Source: Akkermansia muciniphila ATCC BAA-835
GTDB lineage: Bacteria > Verrucomicrobiota > Verrucomicrobiia > Verrucomicrobiales > Akkermansiaceae
DNA: 32,000 bases
Assembly: GCF_000020225.1 (NCBI RefSeq)
Contig: NC_010655.1
Coordinates: forward strand, 1,380,001 to 1,412,000
Direction of reading: 5' to 3'
Under the pieces are notes generated by a model, which saw only the letters and a program-made list of their open reading frames with translations, was not told the DNA's origin and ran no database searches. The position numbers were made by a program, and so were the translations under genes. This document shows, one piece after another, positions 25,417 through 32,000 of the stretch; the first letter of the stretch is position 1; each line of letters begins with the position of its first letter.

Positions 25417-26442
25417 TCAATGAATTTTTGCGGCGGCCAGGGAATCCGGCAGGGGCTTGTTCTGGGCAGGGATTTCCCTGACCAGGCGGTTGATGACTGC
25501 GGCGGGTGTCTGTCCGTCCAGACGGGCCGTGTGGTTGAGCAGGATGCGGTGCTCCAGCACGGGATGAATAACGGCCTGCACATCCTCAAAGGAGCAGAAA
25601 GCGCGCCCGTGGCGCAAAGCTCGGGCTTTAGCGGCAGCCGCCAGGCCCAGGGCCGCCCGGGGACTGGCCCCGTATTTAACGCCTCCGGAGGCTTCCGATT
25701 CTCCGGGATGCGTAGCGTTGACCAGCCTGCCTATATAGTCCGCCACCACTTCGGGAATGGCTACATTCCGGGCCATTTGCATGAGTTCCTGCAATTCCTG
25801 CGCGTTCAAAACCGGGGATATTTCAGGTTCCACGCCCATTTCCCGGTTGAGGACAATGCGGGCCAGCACATCCGCCGGTGTGCGGTTGACGTTGATTTTG
25901 AAAAGGAAGCGGTCCAGCTGGGCTTCCGGCAGGGGAAAGGTTCCTTCCAGTTCAATGGGGTTCTGGGTGGCAAGCACGAAAAAGGGGGAGGGGAGGGCAT
26001 GGGTCTCTCCCATGACGGTGACGCGGCGTTCCTGCATGGCTTCCAGCAGGGCGGACTGGGTCTTGGGGGAGGCGCGGTTGATTTCATCCGCCAGCATGAT
26101 GTTGGCGAAGACGGGCCCTTCCTGGAAGATGAAGTTTTTTGTTCCGTCCCTTTCCTGAAGAACCGGGGTTCCCGTGATGTCTCCCGGCAGTAGATCGGGT
26201 GTGAATTGGACGCGGCGCGCTGTGATATCCAGTGCCCTGGAGAGGCCTTTGACCAGTTCCGTCTTGCCCAGGCCGGGCAGGCCCTCCAGCAGGATATGCC
26301 CGCGAGCCAGTACGCCAATGAGAACCAGTTCAATGAGATCCTTTTGACCGAACAGGACCTGGTTCATGGCGGCAGCCAGAGCACGGAGCTTTTGCATGGC
26401 GCAGCCAAGTTCTTCCTGAGAGAGGATAGGGGGGGTATTCAT
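25417..26442 (-). CDS. MoxR-family AAA+ ATPase
   Basis: Walker A LEGLPGLGKT, the MoxR-typical RVQFTPDLLPGDITGT, and Walker B IMLADEINRASPKTQSALLEAMQE. The start is ambiguous: 26442 (MNTPPILSQEE, 341 aa) or 26505 (362 aa). Confidence 0.92.
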   Translation of the reverse strand: MNTPPILSQEELGCAMQKLRALAAAMNQVLFGQKDLIELVLIGVLARGHILLEGLPGLGKTELVKGLSRALDITARRVQFTPDLLPGDITGTPVLQERDGTKNFIFQEGPVFANIMLADEINRASPKTQSALLEAMQERRVTVMGETHALPSPFFVLATQNPIELEGTFPLPEAQLDRFLFKINVNRTPADVLARIVLNREMGVEPEISPVLNAQELQELMQMARNVAIPEVVADYIGRLVNATHPGESEASGGVKYGASPRAALGLAAAAKARALRHGRAFCSFEDVQAVIHPVLEHRILLNHTARLDGQTPAAVINRLVREIPAQNKPLPDSLAAAKIH

Positions 26443-26675
26443 GGGAAACTGCCGGATTTCCGCGGCTTTTGGGAAAAAGACCGGGCATTTGTTAGATTTC
26501 TTCATGAACTTATGCCATGCATCCAGAGGGGCTGCAAGCGGAAAGATAGAGGGACCTGTTAATTTTCAGTAATATGAAGAGAAAATACCCTGCGGGGTTT
26601 GAGTGGTAAATGGAATTGCCGCAATATATGTTCCATCTGTTGAAAAAAGAAGGCTTCCTGGCATGTATTATTGTC

Positions 26676-27860
26676 ATGCCTTCCGTATATCCCCCCGGCA
26701 ACGAACGCATTTACGTGGTGGACGCTCTGCGCGGCTTTGCCGTAATGGCGATCATGCTGCTGCATTTTCTTGAACATTTCATCTATAATTCCTATCCCGT
26801 GGCTTCTTCCCCAATGATGGAAGCGGCCAACCAGCAGTTCAAGGAGGTCTTTTTTTTCCTGTTTGCCGGCAAGTCCTACACCATTTTCGCCCTTCTGTTC
26901 GGATTCACTTTTGCGGTCCAGTACCGTAACCAGGCCCGGAAGGGAAGGGATTTTGCGGGCAGGTTTGTCTGGCGCATGTGCCTGCTGGCGGTGTTCGCCT
27001 GCATGAATGCAGCGTTTTTCCCGGGCGGTGATGTTCTGCTGACTTTTTCACTTGCAGGTTTGTTGCTGGTGCCGTGCCGCCGGTTGAAGACATCCTCGCT
27101 GGTGGCTTTGTCCCTGTTTTTCCTGGCCCAGCCGCTGGAGTGGGCCTATGCGGCGGTGCAGTGGATGCATCCGGGTTGGGTTCCTCCCTCCCTGTCTGTT
27201 GCGGAATCGTACGCTTCCTTAAAATCCGCCGTGGATACGGGAAATTTCTGGGTGATGGCCTGGGAGAACCTGACTACAGGACAATGGGCCAGCCTGGCAT
27301 GGGGTATTGAAGCCGGGCGTTTGATGCAGGCTCCGGGTCTGTTCCTGCTGGGGTTTGTTCTGGGGCGCCAGGATTTCTTTTTGCAGAATGACGGAACGGC
27401 TGTGTTCTGGACCCGCGGACTGCTATTTTCCCTGGCCGGGGCCTGTGCATTTTACGTGGTGATGTGCCTGCCGGGGCTGCCGGGGCCTGTGCATACCGTG
27501 TTTAGCATGTGGCACAATGTTTGCTTTACCGGCGTATGGGTGGCCGGGTTCGTTCTGTTGTACCGGCTGGAATATTTCAGGAAAGCGACGGCTCCGTTGC
27601 TGACCTACGGGCGCATGAGCCTGACCAACTATGTTTCCCAGTCCGTGATCGGCTCCCTGATTTTTTTCCCGTATGCACTGGGGCTAGCTCCCTACTGCGG
27701 GTATCTGGCCAGTTTTGTGGTCGGCTTTGCCGCCATGACCGGACAGATATGGTTCTGCCGCTGGTGGCTGGAGCGGCACCGCTACGGGGTGCTGGAAGGA
27801 TTGTGGCACCGGGCGACATGGCTGGCCGCCGGGAAGGTTTCCGCTCCGGAACACCGGTAA
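26676..27860 (+). CDS. DUF418/YeiB-like polytopic membrane protein
   Basis: The start at 26676 (MPSVYPPGNERIYVVDALRGFAVMAIMLLH) matches the family-typical N-terminus. There are multiple TM helices, and the C-terminal WFCRWWLERHRYGVLEGLWHRATW resembles the DUF418 tail. Confidence 0.75.
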   Translation: MPSVYPPGNERIYVVDALRGFAVMAIMLLHFLEHFIYNSYPVASSPMMEAANQQFKEVFFFLFAGKSYTIFALLFGFTFAVQYRNQARKGRDFAGRFVWRMCLLAVFACMNAAFFPGGDVLLTFSLAGLLLVPCRRLKTSSLVALSLFFLAQPLEWAYAAVQWMHPGWVPPSLSVAESYASLKSAVDTGNFWVMAWENLTTGQWASLAWGIEAGRLMQAPGLFLLGFVLGRQDFFLQNDGTAVFWTRGLLFSLAGACAFYVVMCLPGLPGPVHTVFSMWHNVCFTGVWVAGFVLLYRLEYFRKATAPLLTYGRMSLTNYVSQSVIGSLIFFPYALGLAPYCGYLASFVVGFAAMTGQIWFCRWWLERHRYGVLEGLWHRATWLAAGKVSAPEHR

Positions 27861-28233
27861 GAAACGGGGGCCGGCGCAATGATGTTTCCCGATACTTGCG
27901 GGACGCTTTTTAGCGTCTTCTGCCAAAGCCGGTGATTTATCCGGACGGAGGATGCATCCGGTTCCGCAAGGGGCATTTTGGAGAGGAGACATGGAACAGG
28001 GGGCAGAGGCAGGAGGAAAAGGGATGAACGTTTCATGGCGGCGGGAGACATGAAAGCGCGGTATTTTTTGAAGAATGGCTTTCCGGGAGATTTTTTCCAC
28101 AGGGAACGGTCTGTTTTCCTGGGGATGGCGTGCCGCGCCCTCTCCGGTCCGTGTTCCGGCGGCTTTTCCGACGGACTGATGCAGGAGGGGATTCCGTACC
28201 AGATGGCGCTTTTCTTTAAAGGGGAGATGTAGT

Positions 28234-29232
28234 ATGGCATGGTGTATGGAAAGGAGGACGGGCATAGGCGGTTTTTTCGGGCTGGAATTGCCGGAGTACG
28301 GCAATTTCCCGCAATGGCATCCCGGCAGGAGTGTAGCCGTGAATTCCGGCAGACGCGCTTTGGAATATATCCTGCGCCGCCTGGGGGATGTGCGCTGTGT
28401 CCGTGTTCCCCTGTATACATGCCGGACGGTGGTGGAAACGATGGAACGGCTTGGCATTCCCGTGATTACTTACCGCATTGACGAACGCCTGGAACCGGAG
28501 GAACTGCCGGAATTGGAAAAGGGGGAATACCTTTTGTACACCAATTACTTCGGAATCAAGGAGAAATGCGTGGACCGTCTGGCTTCCCGGTATGGCGGCA
28601 GCCTGATTGTGGACAATGCGCTGGCCCTGTATTCTCCGGCCCGTTCCGGAGTGGCCTCCCTGTACAGCCCGCGAAAGTTTTCCGGTCTTCCTGACGGGGG
28701 GATCGCCGTGATGGATGCGGAGCGGTCCTTGCCGGAACCGGAGGAGCGGGACGAATCCCTGCCTGCCGCCGCTTTTTTGCTGGAATGCCTGGAGCATGGG
28801 CAGGAAAGGGCTTCCGCCGCCTGTGAACGGAATGAACGGCGCTTGCGGAATACCCCGCTGCGAAGGGTTTCCCGGCTGACGGAGCGACTGATGAGCGGCA
28901 TTGATTATGAACAGGCGCGGCTGCTCCGCATGAATCATTTCCTTTTTCTTCATGAAAGGCTGGGCCATTTGAACCGTCTTTCCGTGGAGGCGGATTCCTT
29001 GTCCGCTCCGTGTTATTATCCGTTTTGGACAGCTTTTCCCGAGCTGAGGAACGTGCTGATTGATAAGCGCGTTCTGATGCCTCTCCTGTGGCCGGAGGTA
29101 TTGGAACAGGCCCCTGCCGGCAGCCTGGAACGGAAACTGGCGCTGCATCTTCTGCCGCTTCCTGTGGACCAGCGCTGCGGGCCGCAGGACATGGAACGCA
29201 TCGCCCGGATTGTGGAGGCATTCTATTCCTGA
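28234..29232 (+). CDS. Short DegT/DnrJ/EryC1/StrS (WecE-like) aminotransferase-family protein
   Basis: 332 aa. The segment AVNSGRRALEYILRRLG...VRVPLYTCRTVVETM matches the family N-domain. LYSPRKFSGLPDGGIAV fits the PLP-lysine context (S-x-x-K...GG). The C-terminal LLPLPVDQRCGPQDMERIARIVEAF resembles the WecE C-terminus as I remember it. Confidence 0.6.
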   Translation: MAWCMERRTGIGGFFGLELPEYGNFPQWHPGRSVAVNSGRRALEYILRRLGDVRCVRVPLYTCRTVVETMERLGIPVITYRIDERLEPEELPELEKGEYLLYTNYFGIKEKCVDRLASRYGGSLIVDNALALYSPARSGVASLYSPRKFSGLPDGGIAVMDAERSLPEPEERDESLPAAAFLLECLEHGQERASAACERNERRLRNTPLRRVSRLTERLMSGIDYEQARLLRMNHFLFLHERLGHLNRLSVEADSLSAPCYYPFWTAFPELRNVLIDKRVLMPLLWPEVLEQAPAGSLERKLALHLLPLPVDQRCGPQDMERIARIVEAFYS

Positions 29233-29310
29233 AGAGAAGGGAGGATTATTTTGTTAGACAGTTGGATAAGACGTTGACGATACGTGAATGAATGTTCTAA
29301 CATTTTTGGT

Positions 29311-29994
29311 ATGTCCGACTGCCTTTCCTCTCTGGGCTATCCTTTCCGTGGAAGGCCCATGGTTTTTGTCTTTTCCGTCATGATGGTATGGGGCATGTTC
29401 CTGGCGGCCCGGGATGTTCTCATCGGATGGATTGCCGCCTTTTGTTTTCTGCTGCCTTTCATGTGCGCCTTTTTCATGAAAATGGTGAGGCAGTCCGCCA
29501 TGGGAGAAGAGGATATCTGCCCCTTTCCTGAACTGGATGAATGGCTTGACTCCCTCATGCTGCCTTTTGTCCGGCTGGTGGTGTGCATCATCGTTTCCTT
29601 CCTTCCTTTCGCCGTGTATGCGCATACTGCGGCCTGGGCGGCGGATACTCCCCTGGCGTGGCTGTTCCTGGCGGCGGGTGTGATTTACTTTCCCGGCGTA
29701 TTCATGAGAACCTCCGTTCGGGAACGTTTTTCCGGTCTTTCTCCCGTGGGCTGGTGGGGGCTGGTCAGAAGGGCTCCCTTTTCCTATGCCGGGTTACTTG
29801 GCGCCATATGCGCCGGGGGATGGATCATCCTGAACCTTCCTTCAGGGCCTTTGATGGATTTCGCCATGGTGCCCGTGAAGCTGTATGTCGCTTGCGTGTT
29901 GATGAATATGTGCGGACTGTTCATGCTCAAGCATGAATTTGCCGGGGAGGAAGAGGTCGGCAGCTTTTCCCCTTCCGGGCCTGCGGCCTCGTGA
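29311..29994 (+). CDS. Hypothetical polytopic membrane protein
   Basis: About 5-6 hydrophobic helices. The ATG at 29311 is preferred over the track's GTG at 29284. No family was recognised. Confidence 0.55.
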   Translation: MSDCLSSLGYPFRGRPMVFVFSVMMVWGMFLAARDVLIGWIAAFCFLLPFMCAFFMKMVRQSAMGEEDICPFPELDEWLDSLMLPFVRLVVCIIVSFLPFAVYAHTAAWAADTPLAWLFLAAGVIYFPGVFMRTSVRERFSGLSPVGWWGLVRRAPFSYAGLLGAICAGGWIILNLPSGPLMDFAMVPVKLYVACVLMNMCGLFMLKHEFAGEEEVGSFSPSGPAAS

Positions 29995-30031
29995 TGCTGC
30001 CGCCTTTCCGGCGGGCCGGGAACAGGTGAGT

Positions 30032-31084
30032 TTATTTGGCGGGTTCCTTGTCCAGGTTCAGGATACCCAGTACAGACATGTTGCCTTCCGCATCTTTTCC
30101 GGAGGGGAGATAGACCTTCGCATTGTTCAGCATGTTTTCAAAGGCCTTGGCGCGGAGCATGTTCGGTCCCATGGCCTTTTCCTTCAATGCCAGTCCTTCC
30201 GCTTCCGCCCGGGCTGCTTCCAGGGCTGCTTCCGCCTGGGCCTTGCCCCGCATGACAATGACTTTGGCCTCCGCTTCTCCCCGGGCCAGGTTAGCGTTTA
30301 CTTCCTGGCGCGCTATTTCCATTTTCATGGCGCCTTCCGCCTCCCCGCGTGCACGCTGGATGGCGATGTCTTTCCGGGCGATTTGAAGTTCCGTTTCCTT
30401 GCGTTCGTTTTCCTGAGTCGTCTGAACTTTTCTGACGACGGATTCAATGATGGCCTGCGGGGGATTTGTTTCCCCCACGGCTACGGAATCCACAATAAAG
30501 GGGGTGCCGTCCAGCCGCTTGCTTAACTGCGTGTAAACGTTGTCGGAAATTTTTTGCAGGCTGCCGGAGGCGTCCAGGGCATTGTACTGGCTTAATTCCG
30601 CCCGCACGGCTGTACGGAAAGGCTGCTGAATGAAATTTTTGTAGGCAAAGAGCATGATTTCGTCCGCCACTTCGTCATCATTGCGGCCGGAGCTTTGGGC
30701 GATGCCTCCGTAATCTTCCATGAATTCCTTTACCCGGGACGGGTCCAGCCGGTAAACCAGAGAAGCTTTGCAGGAGATGGGGAGCTTGTCCTTGCCCAGA
30801 ATAGCCCCTCCATTGCGGGCGTCGAATTCTTCCACCGTGGTATCCGGCGTGATGGAAACCTTGCTGACTTCCTTTCTCCACGCCCATCCCGTGGAGGACG
30901 GCCCGATCAGGATGCCTTCAAACCTGTTCTGTCCGAAAATGGGTTTGGAATAGACATATCCGGCAAAGCCGGACAATACGCGCTTGTTGCTGAAATTCTG
31001 GAAGGCAAAAATGGCGGCGCCCACAGCGACGAAGATGACGGCGGGAATGAGCAGGGAGAAGGCGGTTTTGGGAGATTTATTCAT
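30032..31084 (-). CDS. SPFH/band-7 (prohibitin-family) membrane protein
   Basis: 350 aa with an N-terminal TM anchor (LLIPAVIFVAVGAAIFAF) and an SPFH-like core. An Ala/Glu-rich coiled coil follows (RARGEAEGAMKMEIARQEVNANLARGEAEAKV...AEAALEAARAEAEGLALKEKA). Confidence 0.85.
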   Translation of the reverse strand: MNKSPKTAFSLLIPAVIFVAVGAAIFAFQNFSNKRVLSGFAGYVYSKPIFGQNRFEGILIGPSSTGWAWRKEVSKVSITPDTTVEEFDARNGGAILGKDKLPISCKASLVYRLDPSRVKEFMEDYGGIAQSSGRNDDEVADEIMLFAYKNFIQQPFRTAVRAELSQYNALDASGSLQKISDNVYTQLSKRLDGTPFIVDSVAVGETNPPQAIIESVVRKVQTTQENERKETELQIARKDIAIQRARGEAEGAMKMEIARQEVNANLARGEAEAKVIVMRGKAQAEAALEAARAEAEGLALKEKAMGPNMLRAKAFENMLNNAKVYLPSGKDAEGNMSVLGILNLDKEPAK

Positions 31085-31333
31085 GACAGGGCAGCGGTTG
31101 TGACGGTATCCAACATAAGATGAGGCTGGTGAAAATCAAGTTATCTTTTCCTGTGCGGCCGGGAAAAGTATTCTACTGAAGAAACTCTTTCCGGAAGAGG
31201 GAATGCGGCAAAGTCTGTCCTCTTCTGAACACAGGGGAGTGCCGGAAATGTCTTATCCGGCAAAGGCTGCCTGTTCCGTGGGGGGATTCCGGCGAGGTGC
31301 CGGACCTCCGCCCCGGAGGCGGGCCTCCATTTG

Positions 31334-32000
31334 GGTTAAGGTGATGAATGTAGCCATTACGGGATCCGGAGGATTTATAGGGAGTCATTTGTCCAAGCGT
31401 CTTGAGATGTTCGGGCATCGGGTGACGCCCTTGCGGCGCTATCTGTTTGCCCAGGAGGGCGTGGATTGTCTGGCGCAGGCCCTGGCGGGATGCCATGCCG
31501 TCATCAATCTGGCCGGAGCGCCCATCGACCGGCGCTGGACGGATGCCTACAAGAGGGAGCTGGTGGAGAGCCGCATCATGACCACCCGCAAGCTGGTGGA
31601 AGCGGTCAACAGGTTGCATGAACCGCCGGGAGTGATGATTTCCGCCTCTGCTGTCGGGTACTATGGCTCGTCCGGCGGCTGTCATGGGGAACTGGACGAT
31701 CCGGAAGCGGATTCCTTTCTGGCGGAATTGTGCGTGGCCTGGGAAAAGGAGGCCGGGCTGGTGAACAGCTCCGTGCGGCTGGTCCTTACCCGGTTTGGCG
31801 TAGTTCTTTCTCCGGATGGAGGGGCGCTCCCCGAGATGATGCGGCCGGCCCGGTTCGGCGTTACGGCAACCGCAGGAAATCCGGATCATCTTTTTTCCTG
31901 GGTGGCTTTGGAAGATCTGGCGGATGCCCTGGTCTTCATTATGGGCCGGCAGGATATTTCCGGCCCGGTCAATGTAACGGCGCCGGAGCTCACCACCAAC
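31334..32000 (+). CDS. YfcH/TIGR01777-type SDR epimerase-family protein, 3' end outside the window
   Basis: Hand-translated from the ATG at 31334: MNVAITGSGGFIGSHLSKRLEMFGHRVTPL...INLAGAPIDRRWTDAYKRELVESRIMTTRKLVEAV...SASAVGYYG...LFSWVALEDLADALVFIM. The frame stays open to the window end. The ORF is absent from the track because no stop codon lies within the window. Confidence 0.85.

Noticed and set aside
16131-26193. Many plus-strand ORFs of 100-280 aa inside the minus-strand operon (e.g. 17372-18106, 19340-20002, 22812-23537, 23761-24591, 24643-25371, 25411-26193), plus the out-of-frame same-strand ORF 21532-22302
   Set aside because: All overlap genes with clear motifs (VWA, DUF58, ABC, MoxR) and have Arg/Gly/Pro-biased composition. 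They are a consequence of about 60-65 % GC.
27978-28232. 84-codon ORF abutting the aminotransferase start
   Set aside because: The product is Arg/Gly-rich with no recognisable similarity to DegT N-termini. I kept it only as a note within the aminotransferase finding.
29291-29304. Small inverted repeat AATGTT-CT-AACATT just upstream of the ATG at 29311
   Set aside because: It has only 6-bp AT-rich arms, which is easily expected by chance, and no second copy or partner regulator is nearby.
29995-30031. Possible bidirectional terminator between the convergent genes ending at 29994 and 30032
   Set aside because: Only a 5-6 bp stem (CCGCC/GGCGG) can be drawn and there is no T tract on either strand. 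This is too weak to call.
31173-31889. 238-aa minus-strand ORF from the track
   Set aside because: It lies antisense to an open plus-strand frame that translates into a clear YfcH/SDR epimerase (GSGGFIGSHL..., NLAGAPIDRRWT...). The minus-strand product is Arg/Gly/Pro-rich with no motifs, which is typical of a high-GC shadow ORF.

Overview
The window looks like a gene-dense chromosomal segment from a high-GC bacterium. It is probably a member of the PVC superphylum (Verrucomicrobiota, Akkermansia-like). That placement is an inference from a planctomycete/verrucomicrobial-style ECF sigma + Ser/Thr-kinase pair and a MoxR/DUF58/BatA/VWA cluster; no database was searched.

Layout, left to right:
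1. 1-5.7 kb: the kdpA (5'-truncated by the window edge), kdpB and kdpC genes for a K+-transporting P-type ATPase. A stand-alone, truncated KdpD (N-terminal + Usp part only) follows. This block is visibly lower in GC than the rest.
2. 5.9-11.3 kb: a secreted SUMF1/FGE-fold protein and a tiny secreted polycationic repeat peptide. Then comes an apparent operon of a secreted MBL hydrolase, an ECF sigma factor and a membrane Ser/Thr kinase. The first two genes share an ~48-nt upstream element (~85 % identical), and the operon start carries a degenerate third copy.
3. 11.5-14.7 kb: a Tat-signal aldo/keto reductase, a MerR (NmlR/AdhR-like) regulator and a PLP-dependent threonine-aldolase-family enzyme.
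4. 14.8-26.5 kb: a membrane coiled-coil protein converges on, and overlaps by 8 bp, a tightly packed 7-gene minus-strand operon. Its order is MoxR AAA+ ATPase, unknown bitopic protein, ABC ATPase, ABC permease, DUF58, BatA_N protein, BatA_N-VWA-GATase-like-VWA giant.
5. 26.6-32 kb: a DUF418-type membrane protein, a short WecE/DegT-like aminotransferase, a membrane protein and an SPFH/band-7 protein. Last is a 3'-truncated YfcH-type SDR epimerase, which the ORF track missed because it has no stop codon inside the window.

I recognised no rRNA, tRNA, CRISPR array, transposase or integrase.

The two loci most worth follow-up are the sigma/kinase locus with its shared upstream element and cationic mini-protein, and the hybrid MoxR-ABC-DUF58-VWA operon. 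Both are built from known domain families. Neither is proven novel from sequence alone.
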